Source: Chthoniobacterales bacterium
GTDB taxonomy: Bacteria; Verrucomicrobiota; Verrucomicrobiia; Chthoniobacterales; Chthoniobacteraceae
DNA: 64,000 bases
Direction of reading: 5' to 3'
Assembly: GCA_038207335.1 (NCBI GenBank)
Contig: JBBQZX010000022.1
Coordinates: forward strand, 1-64,000
The first letter of the stretch is position 1; every line of letters begins with the position of its first letter. The notes beneath the pieces were generated by a model that was not told the origin of the DNA, did no database searches, and saw only the letters and a program-made list of their open reading frames with translations. Position numbers and translations under genes: made by a program. Positions 10,047 to 19,656 of the stretch are shown piece by piece.

Positions 10047-13000
10047 TTACTTCGGCGGAATATCGACGCCGTTTTTGCGACACCATTCCGCGGCGGGCCG
10101 GTTCCCTGCTTGCGCCGCGTTGATATACCATTTCTTCGCCTGCAACTGATTCGCGCGCACGCCCATCCCGCTCTCGAAGCATAGCGCGTAGTAGTACATG
10201 CAGTTCCCGTCGCCCGCAGCGACGCCTTTCAAAAACAGCTTCACCGCTTGCTGCGGATCGGCTTTGGGCAGGCCGTCCCCTTTCATATACAGTACGCCGA
10301 GGTCGCCGCTCGCGACGGCGTAGCCTCGCTCGCTCGCTCGCGTGAGCAACTCGAGCGCCTTTTTAAAATCCTGCTCCACTCCGAGACCCTGATGGTAGCA
10401 GGTGCCGAGGAGATCCATTGCGTAAAGGTTTCCTGCGTCCGCCGCCTCGCGCAGATACTCGACGGCGCGCGTTTCGTCGCGGCCGACTCCTTTGCCTCGG
10501 AGGTAGCATTCGCCGAGGAGATATTTCGCGACGACGTCGCCTTTTTCGCTAGCGGCTTGGAAGCAGAGGAAGGCTTTTTTCAAGTCGTCGCTTCCACCTC
10601 CGACACCATTTGAAAGCAGCAACCCGAGTTGCCGCGTGGCCGAGACCTGCCCGCGAGCGGAGGCGGCCGAATACCAGTCGAACGCCGTCTGCGGCTCGGC
10701 TTTCAGCAGCATGTCGCCGAGGAAGGTCATCGCCGCGAGGATGTCGAGCTTCGCGGCCTCGGTCACGGGTTCGCGGAGTGTGGAAAATTCGCGCGCGTTC
10801 ACGTCGTCGGGACGTGTGCGGAGGGTCTCGATGATTGCGTTGAGATGGACTTTCGCTGTGTCGCTTTCGGGAAAGTCGCTCGCGATCTTCAGCCATGCGC
10901 CGAGGCACGCAGGCCACGCTTCTTTTTGCTCCAGCGCGTCGGCTTTCACCATCGATGCTTTCAGCAAATCCTGCCGCGATGGCGGTGGTGCTTCGACGGG
11001 CATCGGAGGCGGCTCCGGCACGGGAACTGGCTTGGGCACAAGCGCGGGCGGCATTTCGTCGATTTGCTCGGGCGGATTTTCAAGCTCCGGCGCGGGCCTA
11101 GGCGTCTGCGATTTTTCCTCGGGATTTGTGAAAAAATAGATACCTGTACAGGCCGCGGCGACTGTCAGGCCGACTGCGACAATAGCAAAGGGACTCCGGC
11201 TCGGGCGCGGGCGCGGTGCGCTCGGGGGCTTGGGAGTGGGCGGGATGGGATGTGTGGAAGGCGCGGTTCGCGCGGGTCTGGCAATCGGTGCGGCGTTCTC
11301 GTGGCGCTTCGCGTCGAGCGGGAGGGCGTGCAGCGCCTCGTAAAAAGCGAGCGCGGCGGGGAAGGAAAGCGACGGATCGAGCGCACGCCGGAGCACCTCG
11401 TTTCCTTTTTCGGAGAGCGTCGAGAGTGGCGTGTATCGCGCGGCGTCGTCCACCCCGAGGGCGTGCTGCGAAGCGGCGCCGCCGAGCAGTTCGTAGAAGA
11501 TCGCAGCGAGCGCGTGGATCGTGCGTGCCCGCCCATCTCCAGAATCCGCGGCCGGCGCCGACATCCCGGCTGCGATGGTTTGCTCGCCAGACCACGTCTG
11601 CGAAGCGGCGAATTCGCGTGTGATTCCGAGCGGGTTTAATTTTACCACGAATGACGGCCACTCGCCGACTGGACGGCGCAAAATTTCCTCGTCGTGCGGC
11701 TGAGTGCCGGGGATCTCGACGAAGATCTGGTGCAGCGCGAGATCGACTCTCTTCAAGCCCGCGGTGAGCGCGTGATCGACGCCCTCGGCTGCCTGTGCGA
11801 GAAGCGGCAGCGCCTCTTCGGCGCGCAGTTCCCGTCGCACCCGCAGGAGTTCCATGAGCGAAAATCCCGCCGTCCATTCCATCGCGACGAGACTCGCGTG
11901 CTCGATCGTCTCGAGGCCGTGGATTCGCAGGAGATTCGGATGACGCACCGCTGCGGCGCGCTCTGCATCCCGCTCGAGCTGGGTGTAAAATTCGGGGTTT
12001 TCCAGCAGGTCGGGCGCGAGCAGCAGGAGCCGCGTTTCATTCCAGCTCACGATTTCGCGCGCGTAAAATCCGCGGCCGATATTCGTCTCGCCGAGGTCTG
12101 CGATGATCTCGTAGCGCCCGCCCACGGTAATTCCGGGCTCGAACTCTCCCGCGGCATCGCGGCGCGCGGCTTCGTCCAGGATCGGGGTGAGATTTGGCTC
12201 CGCCTCCGCTCCTGCATCGGTGCGGCCGGCAATCTGCGCGGCGCAATCCTCGAGTTCTTTCCGAAGCTCCGCTGGAGTTTGCGGGCGGTTCGCGGCGTCC
12301 TTCTCGAGCATGCGACGGAGCACGGCTGCGATTGGGGCTGGGAGTTCCTTGAGCCGCTCGATCGGCGGGGGCTTTGAGAGGTGCGCGCTCATCACCTGCG
12401 CCATCGAGCCTGCGAAGGGCGTTTGTCCGGAAAGCATGTACCAGAGCGTCACGCCGAGCGAATAGATGTCCGAGCGCACGTCGATTTCGCGCTCCTCGAG
12501 CTGCTCGGGGCTGGCGTAGTGGGGCGTGCCGACGAAACCGCCGGTCGAGAGCGTGGTGGCGACATCGTCGCTCTCTCCGACGCCGGACGCTTTCGCCAGG
12601 CCAAAGTCGATGACTTTCACCACGAGCTCATCATCCTCGCGCACGAGCATGAGGTTCGCGGGCTTAATGTCGCGATGAACGAGCCCGTGTGCCTGCGCCG
12701 CATTCAGCGCGCGGGCGACCTGTGCGGCAATGTGCAGCGCGAGCGCCGGCGCGAGCGGCCCCTGGCGCTTGATCAGCGCATCGACGGTTTCGCCGTCGAT
12801 GAATTCCATCGCGTAAAAATACGCGTCGCCATCGATGCCGAGATGGAACACGGAGGCGACGTGTCGATGCCGCAGCTTAGCCGCCGACCGCGCCTCGCGG
12901 ATGAAGCGCGAGCGCGCAACCTCGCTGTTCAAATATGCGCCGTTGATGACCTTCAACGCGACCGGGATTCGCAGGTTCGTATCAAACGCCTTGTAGGTGA

Positions 13001-13088
13001 TGCCCATTGCGCCGCGACCGAGCTCGAATGCCGAACCGTCATCGCGGGTCAGCACTTCATAGTGGTCGAAAGTCAGAGCGTCGGGCAT
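10047..13088 (-). CDS. Membrane Ser/Thr protein kinase: kinase, degenerate second kinase domain, TM helix, Sel1 repeats
   Basis: GRGAMG, VALK, HRDIKPAN, DFG, GTPHYASPEQ, DIYSLG; second lobe HPNLLRI..MEW; TM FAIVAVGLTVAAACTGIYFF; repeated A..G...A...LG..Y..G.GV units. Confidence 0.9.
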   Translation of the reverse strand: MPDALTFDHYEVLTRDDGSAFELGRGAMGITYKAFDTNLRIPVALKVINGAYLNSEVARSRFIREARSAAKLRHRHVASVFHLGIDGDAYFYAMEFIDGETVDALIKRQGPLAPALALHIAAQVARALNAAQAHGLVHRDIKPANLMLVREDDELVVKVIDFGLAKASGVGESDDVATTLSTGGFVGTPHYASPEQLEEREIDVRSDIYSLGVTLWYMLSGQTPFAGSMAQVMSAHLSKPPPIERLKELPAPIAAVLRRMLEKDAANRPQTPAELRKELEDCAAQIAGRTDAGAEAEPNLTPILDEAARRDAAGEFEPGITVGGRYEIIADLGETNIGRGFYAREIVSWNETRLLLLAPDLLENPEFYTQLERDAERAAAVRHPNLLRIHGLETIEHASLVAMEWTAGFSLMELLRVRRELRAEEALPLLAQAAEGVDHALTAGLKRVDLALHQIFVEIPGTQPHDEEILRRPVGEWPSFVVKLNPLGITREFAASQTWSGEQTIAAGMSAPAADSGDGRARTIHALAAIFYELLGGAASQHALGVDDAARYTPLSTLSEKGNEVLRRALDPSLSFPAALAFYEALHALPLDAKRHENAAPIARPARTAPSTHPIPPTPKPPSAPRPRPSRSPFAIVAVGLTVAAACTGIYFFTNPEEKSQTPRPAPELENPPEQIDEMPPALVPKPVPVPEPPPMPVEAPPPSRQDLLKASMVKADALEQKEAWPACLGAWLKIASDFPESDTAKVHLNAIIETLRTRPDDVNAREFSTLREPVTEAAKLDILAAMTFLGDMLLKAEPQTAFDWYSAASARGQVSATRQLGLLLSNGVGGGSDDLKKAFLCFQAASEKGDVVAKYLLGECYLRGKGVGRDETRAVEYLREAADAGNLYAMDLLGTCYHQGLGVEQDFKKALELLTRASERGYAVASGDLGVLYMKGDGLPKADPQQAVKLFLKGVAAGDGNCMYYYALCFESGMGVRANQLQAKKWYINAAQAGNRPAAEWCRKNGVDIPPK

Positions 13089-13214
13089 TGCGGCGGGCAA
13101 AAAGGAGCGGAGTCAACTAACGGATTTTTCGATGAATGGAAGTGCCGGGGTCTGATTCGAGCCTTCAACAATGCGCTTTCGCTTGCCCCGTCGCTTGTGT
13201 TCAATTGCACAACG

Positions 13215-14117
13215 ATGGGGGCCACTCTTCACGTTAGCTCGCCGCGCACTGAGCCATTCGAGGTTTCGATCGGCAATACCGCCACGGTCGGACGGACACG
13301 CGAGAACACGATCTGCCTCAGCGGCAGTCCGCTGGTCTCGCGGCAGCATGCGATCATCCGTTGTCACGACGTTTTCCAGTATCAGATCATCGATCTCGGC
13401 AGCAGGAATGGGACCTTTGTGAATGATCGGCGAGTCGTGCTCCCGGTCACGCTGCCTGACGGGGCGAGCATTCGCATCGCCGATTTCACGCTCTCTTTTT
13501 CCGAAGATGCGGAGGAGGAAAGCGGCGACGACTTGCAACTCACGATCGTCGAGGGCACTCCTGAGTCTGTGGTGGCCCGCCCGGTCGCGCTGCTCGTATG
13601 CGACATCCGCGCATTCAGCACGATGTCGGAGAAAACCAAGAGCAGCGAACTAGCGCAGGTCCTCGGCGCGTGGTTTCGCGAGACTGGGAATATCGTGGTG
13701 AAGAGTGGTGGAACGATCGACAAATTCATCGGCGATGCGGTGCTCGCGTACTGGGGAGGCTCGGGAGTCGCGAGGACCGATTGCGCTGCGGCGCTCTCCG
13801 CCGCGCGCGAGTTGCTCGAACTCGCGAGTGCCCGCAAATGGCCGACCGGCGAGGCTTTTCGTACGGCGACTGCGGTGCACTACGGTCCCGTCACTCGCAG
13901 CAATGTCGGCGTCGCTGCGGGGCGGGATGCGACCATTATCGGTGACGCGGTGAATACGGTTTTTCGGCTGGAGTCAGTCGCCAAGGAGCTGGGGCAACGT
14001 TTTGTGATTTCCGGCGAATTTGCGGCGCATATGACAGACCGGAGCGAGTTCCAGGATTTTGGAGAGCGTGCGTTGAAAGGGAAACAGCAGGCAGTGCGGG
14101 TTTTCGGCGTCGAGTAG
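13215..14117 (+). CDS. FHA domain plus class III adenylate/guanylate cyclase
   Basis: FHA motifs GR, SRQHA, DLGSRNGT; cyclase motifs CDIRAFS, DKFIGDA, IIGDAVN..FRLE, LKGK; start taken at MGATLH. Confidence 0.88.
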   Translation: MGATLHVSSPRTEPFEVSIGNTATVGRTRENTICLSGSPLVSRQHAIIRCHDVFQYQIIDLGSRNGTFVNDRRVVLPVTLPDGASIRIADFTLSFSEDAEEESGDDLQLTIVEGTPESVVARPVALLVCDIRAFSTMSEKTKSSELAQVLGAWFRETGNIVVKSGGTIDKFIGDAVLAYWGGSGVARTDCAAALSAARELLELASARKWPTGEAFRTATAVHYGPVTRSNVGVAAGRDATIIGDAVNTVFRLESVAKELGQRFVISGEFAAHMTDRSEFQDFGERALKGKQQAVRVFGVE

Positions 14118-14128
14118 TTGCCGGTGTT

Positions 14129-16381
14129 TTAGGCGCGCTCGCGTTTCCGGAGGCCAATCCACGCGAGGAGATACATGGCTGCGATCCAGATTCCATCCGC
14201 CAGAAGCGCCCACAGCGCCGGTCGCTTGCGAGCGTAAATATCACGGGAGTCGAGAGAGTTGTCGGGAACGAGATTTTCGTACGCGTCGCGGAAATCGACC
14301 ATCGTTTGGCCGACCATTTTCTGTTGCCAGAGAAAGCTCGTATCCATCATCACCTGCGCGGAATACGTCGGTGCGAAATGGCTCGCGAGGCGTACCGAAT
14401 TCGTCATGCGATGGGCCGGGACGGTAAAGCCGGAGAAGATGATCTGCGGGATGAGAATGAGCGGCACGACCATCACCGCTTGAGTCACGGTGCGGGAGAG
14501 CGCGGAAATCGCGGAGCCGATTCCGACGGCTGCGAGGGCGGTGCCGAGGAGTGCGGCGAGTTGCCAGCCGACGGAGCCGCTGCGACCAAACTCGCCGAGC
14601 AGGAGCGTGCCGTAAAGCAGCAGCGCCTGCGCGATGGTGATCGAGCCGAGGAAAATGAATTTGCTTGCGAGATACGCGTGCGCGCCGACGCCGATGAGCT
14701 GCTCCCGCCGGTAGATCGCGCTCTCTTTCACAATCTCCTGCGCGGCGTTGCTACAGCCGAACCAGAGCGTCGCGAGATAGGCGAAAAACATGACCAGCGC
14801 CCGGTCGTCCGCCACCCACAAAACGAGCGCGCCGATCACGAGCGGCTGGCCGAGGAGGATCACGAAATTCCGCCAGTCCGAACGCAGGATCGCCCACTGC
14901 CGCGCGAGCAGGATCGGGAGCGCGAAGGCTCTCCGTTCCTCTGCTGGAGGGGCTTTCCGGCTCGCCTCGAATTCTGGCGCCGATTTTGCGCTGGCGCCTT
15001 TTTCCAGGAAAGCACGCTGCCAATCCTGCGCCGGGCGCTCCATGAGCTGTTCGTAAAGAGCGTTCAGTTTCGTCACTCCAAAATAATCCCGTGCAGCCTG
15101 CGGCGAGCCTTGGAATGCGAGGCAGCCGCCCACGAGGATGACGAGTTGATCCATGAGGAACGCGTTCTCCATTACATGCGTCGTGCAAATGATCGTGCAG
15201 CCCGTATCGGCGAGATCGCGCAGCAGCTCCATGAGGTGAAACTCGGTCGCCGGATCGAGGCCGGAGGTTGGCTCATCGAGAAATAGGATCGCCGGCTTCG
15301 ACAGTAATTCTACGCCGACGCTCACGCGTTTGCGCTGACCACCGGAGAGTCGCGCGATCGGGAGGTCGGCGCGTGCGCTGAGGCCGAGTTGATCCATCGT
15401 CTGGATGAGGAGCTTTTGCAGCTCGAGCGCGGGCGTGGCTCGCGGCAGGCGCAGCCGCGCGGAGAAACGCAGCGCCTCCGCGATGGTGAGTTCGGGATGC
15501 ACGATGTCCTCTTGCGGAACGAAGCCAAGCGAACGGACGCGGCTCTCGGAATAAACGTTCTCCCCATCGACATAAACCGCGCCGCACGCCGGCTCCCATA
15601 GGCCGGAAATCGCGTGCAGGAGCGACGACTTTCCCGCGCCGCTCGGCCCAATGATGCCGATGAAGCGCGACGGCGGAAACGCTATCGTCATGTCTTGCAG
15701 GATCGTTTGCTCACCCACGGTTTGCCGGATGCCGACCGCGCGCAGCGATCCGCCTGCGGCATTCGCGATACGCGTGAGAGCCTGCCCGTCGAATTGAAAA
15801 AAGAACGGCCCGATCTGAAGCCGGTCGCCGACTGTGAGTTCGTGTTGGTCGAAGCGGTGCCCATTCACAAATGAGCCGGAGGTGCTGTGCAGATCGACGA
15901 CTTCGCAGCCCCCTCCGGGCAGCAGTCGCGCCTTCGCATGACGCCGGGACACCGCCGGGTCGGCGAGCACGACATCCACCTGCGGGTCGCGGCCGATCAC
16001 GATGTCGCCGGCGATTTCCACGCGTTCCGTCTCGACGCCCCGGACGAGCATTATCGTCATGCGGCCAGGCGTTGCGGTGGATGCCTCCGGCGGATCACCG
16101 ACGCCAAATTCGATCGTCACCGGCCCGAGTTGCACACGGTCCCCGGTGCTGAGCCGTGTAGTCACCGCGATCCGCGCGCCATTCACGGCTGTGCCGGAGA
16201 CGCTGCCGAGATCCTCCACGATGCAGCTTTCACCATCCCACTGGAAGCGGCAGTGCTGCCGCGAAACCTCAACATGCGCCAGCTCCAGACCCGACTCCGG
16301 CGAACGCCCCGCGACTACTGGCTCCGTGGTCAGGAAAAGCACGCGCGCTGGCAATCCGGCGACGACAGCGAGGTAGGCCAT
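14129..16381 (-). CDS. FHA-FHA-ABC ATPase-ABC2 permease fusion (Rv1747-like architecture)
   Basis: Two FHA domains (GR..SRQH..S.SGT; GR..SRRH..S.SGS), Walker A GPSGAGKS, LSGGQ, FLDEP, C-terminal TM helices. Confidence 0.88.
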   Translation of the reverse strand: MAYLAVVAGLPARVLFLTTEPVVAGRSPESGLELAHVEVSRQHCRFQWDGESCIVEDLGSVSGTAVNGARIAVTTRLSTGDRVQLGPVTIEFGVGDPPEASTATPGRMTIMLVRGVETERVEIAGDIVIGRDPQVDVVLADPAVSRRHAKARLLPGGGCEVVDLHSTSGSFVNGHRFDQHELTVGDRLQIGPFFFQFDGQALTRIANAAGGSLRAVGIRQTVGEQTILQDMTIAFPPSRFIGIIGPSGAGKSSLLHAISGLWEPACGAVYVDGENVYSESRVRSLGFVPQEDIVHPELTIAEALRFSARLRLPRATPALELQKLLIQTMDQLGLSARADLPIARLSGGQRKRVSVGVELLSKPAILFLDEPTSGLDPATEFHLMELLRDLADTGCTIICTTHVMENAFLMDQLVILVGGCLAFQGSPQAARDYFGVTKLNALYEQLMERPAQDWQRAFLEKGASAKSAPEFEASRKAPPAEERRAFALPILLARQWAILRSDWRNFVILLGQPLVIGALVLWVADDRALVMFFAYLATLWFGCSNAAQEIVKESAIYRREQLIGVGAHAYLASKFIFLGSITIAQALLLYGTLLLGEFGRSGSVGWQLAALLGTALAAVGIGSAISALSRTVTQAVMVVPLILIPQIIFSGFTVPAHRMTNSVRLASHFAPTYSAQVMMDTSFLWQQKMVGQTMVDFRDAYENLVPDNSLDSRDIYARKRPALWALLADGIWIAAMYLLAWIGLRKRERA

Positions 16382-16412
16382 TGGTGGAGGATTCGAGAGT
16401 ATGTTTGATTCG

Positions 16413-16482
16413 GAGTTGAGAGTTGAAAATCGAGCGCGCCAGTTTTCTGGCTCTCCGCGCTTGATCAAAAAACTCTCAACTC
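16413..16482. repeat. 12-bp perfect inverted repeat built from a 7-bp unit
   Basis: gagttgagagtt (16413-16424) and aactctcaactc (16471-16482). Confidence 0.6.
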
Positions 16483-16485
16483 ACC

Positions 16486-17406
16486 TCACGGGAGTACCGC
16501 CCAGACTTCGACTGTACGGTTCTTGTCGAGGTTCTTTGAATCGAGCAGCGTGGATGCGCCCATCGCGACCGCGTGGGTCACGTTCACCACGCCGCACTTG
16601 TCGCGCATCGCGGCGACGACGGCGTCGGCTCGCGCTTGCGAGTAATCGAGATTTTTCTGCGTGTCGCCTTTCGGATCGGCATACCCCAGCACGACAAAAA
16701 CAGAGGTCGGATCGTCACGAATTTTCAGGATCGCGGGAGAATCCACCTGCTCCTTCAGCGCCACGATTTCCGCCGCCGAAAGCGTCGTCTTCCCGGAAGC
16801 AAAGGGAATCGTCAGCACCTTTCCCAGGCTTCGTGCGCGCTGCACGCTGGCGTAGAGCCTGTCTTTGTTTCGCGGCGAGATGTTGGGCATTACGTCCACT
16901 CGCGCGAGGACTTCCGCCCGCACTTGCTTGTTCTCGGAATTCTCCGGGCTCAAGTCGATTTTCGCCGGTGCCGAAATTGCGGCCACGGGCTCAGGTGCCG
17001 GTGGTGCGGGGGTCGCGGGAGGCGGGCTCTTCGCAGGCGTAGCGGCGGGTTTCGCTATATTGTTTTCCACCACAGGCGGGGTGGCTTTCGGCGGTTCGGG
17101 CTGCGGCTTCGCTTCATCGACCTGCGCTGGCTCGGGTGCGGGAGTCGCGTTATCCGCATGGGGAGTGGCCTCCTTTTTGCCGGAAAAAATGGACGATGCG
17201 GCGATCAGGGCGATCACCACCACGCCGATGAGCGCGGCGCCCCCGATCATGAGCGACTTTGGTGGGATCGCGGACTTCGGCGCCAGCTTCACCGGCTTCC
17301 CGCATTCGGGGCAGATCAGTGCGGCGCCTTCTTCGATCTCGATCGGCTCGCCCCGGTAGGCCAGCAGACACCCGGAATAATTGTGGCATTTCGCCGTGAC
17401 CTTCAT
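16486..17406 (-). CDS. Zn-ribbon, TM, Pro-rich linker, OmpA/MotB-like peptidoglycan-binding domain protein
   Basis: C-x5-C...CPEC, hydrophobic helix, IPFASG, GYADPKG..N..YSQARA, NRTVEV. Confidence 0.8.
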   Translation of the reverse strand: MKVTAKCHNYSGCLLAYRGEPIEIEEGAALICPECGKPVKLAPKSAIPPKSLMIGGAALIGVVVIALIAASSIFSGKKEATPHADNATPAPEPAQVDEAKPQPEPPKATPPVVENNIAKPAATPAKSPPPATPAPPAPEPVAAISAPAKIDLSPENSENKQVRAEVLARVDVMPNISPRNKDRLYASVQRARSLGKVLTIPFASGKTTLSAAEIVALKEQVDSPAILKIRDDPTSVFVVLGYADPKGDTQKNLDYSQARADAVVAAMRDKCGVVNVTHAVAMGASTLLDSKNLDKNRTVEVWAVLP

Positions 17407-17474
17407 GCGTGATTCATAGTCCCGCGTCGTCGTCCGTCGCGAGCAAAAACGAGATGCAAATCCCGCGGCACTGC

Positions 17475-17490
17475 TGGCGCGAGTTTTGCA
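17475..17490 (+). promoter_or_regulatory. Sigma54 (-24/-12) promoter candidate
   Basis: TGGCGCGAGTTTTGCA: GG-N10-GC, close to consensus TGGCACG-N4-TTGC, about 95 bp upstream of the histidine kinase start. Confidence 0.6.
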
Positions 17491-17583
17491 AATTAACTTC
17501 AGTGAGCACGAGCGGACCGACGGAGCCGTGGATTGACGTCGAAAGCCGAGCGCGAGAAGATGAGTTTCAGATCGAGGGGCAAG

Positions 17584-19656
17584 ATGAATTCCAAGAATTC
17601 CAAATCCGATGGTGCGCCGGGCGAAAGCGAGGCTGAGTTGCGCGCGGAGATCGCACAGTTGCGGGAGGAAAATGCGCTACTTCGGTGCTCGGAAAGCGCC
17701 GCGGCAAATCCGAGGTCCGATGAATCGCTGCGGCAGGTGCTCGCCGCCGCGAATCTCGGGACGTGGGATTGGGATCTCCGCGATGGCTCGCTGCGCTGGT
17801 CGGAGCGCTGCCGTGAAATGCACGAAATCGCCGCGGGCGAGGCGCTGGATCACGATCGATTTCTTCAGATCATTCACCGCGAAGATCGCGTCCGTACGGA
17901 AGCAGCCGAACTCAACGCCATCTACGACGGCGGCCTGCTCGAGCTGGAATATCGCTGTGTCGCGAGCGGTGGTGCGATTCGCTGGATCGCCTCGATCGGT
18001 CGGACGCTTTACGATGACGATCAGAGGCCCCTCCGCGTTGTCGGCGTGGCGATCGAAATTACCTCACGAAAGAAGATCGAGGCCGCTCTCCGTGCGAGTG
18101 AGGCCGTGGCGCGAGCACGGGCCGAAGAGCTGGAAACGCTGATGGATACAGCACCCGCGGGCATCTTCGTAGCGCACGACCGCGCATGCCGGCACGTTAC
18201 GACGAACCGGGCGGGCATGGTTCTCACGCGTACGCGGCCCGGAGATCCACTCACCGTGACGCCCGCGGACGGTGAGCCCGCTTTCCCTTATACTGTGCGC
18301 AGTGGCGGACTCGAGATCGCGTCAGAAGATCATCCAATGCCGTCTGCCGGGCGTTTGGGAAAAGTCGTCTCCCGCGACTTGGAAATCCATTTCCCCGACG
18401 GTCTCGTGCGTTATCTCTACGGCACAGCCGCTCCGCTGCGCGCGCCGGATGGGAATGTGCGTGGGGTCATCGGCACCTTTCTGGATGTGACCGAGCAGAG
18501 GATGGCCGAAAACTCCCTCCGATCCAGCGAGGCTCTCTATCGCGTGCTCACGGAGCTTTCTCCGCAGATTGTCTGGACGGCCGACGCGTTTGGCGTGCTC
18601 GACTTTTGCAACCAAAACTGGCTCGAGTTTTCCGGCCTCACTTTTGGCGAATCGATCAACCGTGGCTGGCTCGCGGCGGTGCATCCCGACTTCCGAGAGC
18701 CCGCCGTCCGGGGGTGGGAGCGCTCAATGCTCGATGGGCGCACGACGGAGATGGAGTTGCCACTGCGTCGGCACGACGGCGTTTTTCGCTGGCACCTCGC
18801 GCGTACCGTCTCGATCCGCGATTCGCATGGAAAGCTCGAGCGGTGGATTGGCATCGCTTTCGACATCGACGAACGGCGGCGGTCCGAAGACGCCCTCCGC
18901 CAGCACGAGCGCGAGCTGCGCGCCGCCTTGGTCGGGGCCAAATCAGCGCTCGAAGTCGCGGAATCGTCCGACCGCGCAAAAGACCAATTTCTGGCGGTGC
19001 TCAGCCACGAATTGCGCACGCCGCTTACCCCCGTTCTCATGGCGGTGTCTGCGCTGCAACTCCAGCCGGGGTTGCCGGAGCCGATGCGCGACGCGCTTCA
19101 AATGATCCGGCGCAACATCGCTCTAGAGGCGAACCTGATCGACGATCTGCTGGACCTGACCCGCATCGCGCGAGGCACTCTGCAGCTCGCTTTGGAGGCA
19201 ATGGATGTGCACGAGGCGGTGAGGCGGGCACTCGAGATTTGCGCCGGCGAGATCGGGGAAAAATCACATCGCCTGACAATCGATCTCGCAGCGAAGTCAC
19301 CGCTCGTTCAGGGCGATTTCGCACGCCTGCAGCAGGTGTTTTGGAATCTGATCAAAAATGCCGTCAAATTCACGCCGGCCTCCGGCGAGATATCCATCCG
19401 CTCAGAAAATGCAGGCGGGCTCATCCGCATCCAGATCGCCGACAGCGGAATCGGCATCGCGCCCGAAGCGCTGACGCGCATCTTCAATCCCTTCGAGCAA
19501 GGCAGCGAGCAAGTGGTTCGCCAATTCGGAGGACTCGGGCTTGGGCTCGCGATTTCACGCGCGACGATCGACGCGCACGGTGGCCGCATATCCGCCACGA
19601 GTCCGGGCGAAAATCGAGGCGCCATTTTCACCCTCGAACTCACGCCGTTCCAATGA
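17584..19656 (+). CDS. Multi-PAS sensor histidine kinase
   Basis: Three PAS/PAC-like repeats, SHELRTPL, NLIKNAVKFT, DSGIGI, FNPFEQ, GLGLGL; start uncertain (17533-17584). Confidence 0.9.
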   Translation: MNSKNSKSDGAPGESEAELRAEIAQLREENALLRCSESAAANPRSDESLRQVLAAANLGTWDWDLRDGSLRWSERCREMHEIAAGEALDHDRFLQIIHREDRVRTEAAELNAIYDGGLLELEYRCVASGGAIRWIASIGRTLYDDDQRPLRVVGVAIEITSRKKIEAALRASEAVARARAEELETLMDTAPAGIFVAHDRACRHVTTNRAGMVLTRTRPGDPLTVTPADGEPAFPYTVRSGGLEIASEDHPMPSAGRLGKVVSRDLEIHFPDGLVRYLYGTAAPLRAPDGNVRGVIGTFLDVTEQRMAENSLRSSEALYRVLTELSPQIVWTADAFGVLDFCNQNWLEFSGLTFGESINRGWLAAVHPDFREPAVRGWERSMLDGRTTEMELPLRRHDGVFRWHLARTVSIRDSHGKLERWIGIAFDIDERRRSEDALRQHERELRAALVGAKSALEVAESSDRAKDQFLAVLSHELRTPLTPVLMAVSALQLQPGLPEPMRDALQMIRRNIALEANLIDDLLDLTRIARGTLQLALEAMDVHEAVRRALEICAGEIGEKSHRLTIDLAAKSPLVQGDFARLQQVFWNLIKNAVKFTPASGEISIRSENAGGLIRIQIADSGIGIAPEALTRIFNPFEQGSEQVVRQFGGLGLGLAISRATIDAHGGRISATSPGENRGAIFTLELTPFQ

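Noticed and set aside
12381..13214. N-terminal 278 aa of the 578-aa cyclase ORF
   Set aside because: Most of it overlaps the kinase gene in antisense; the FHA domain starts after the ATG at 13215.
18606..19652. Long N-terminal extension of the response regulator
   Set aside because: It is an alternative frame inside the histidine kinase; the receiver begins at the ATGA overlap at 19653.
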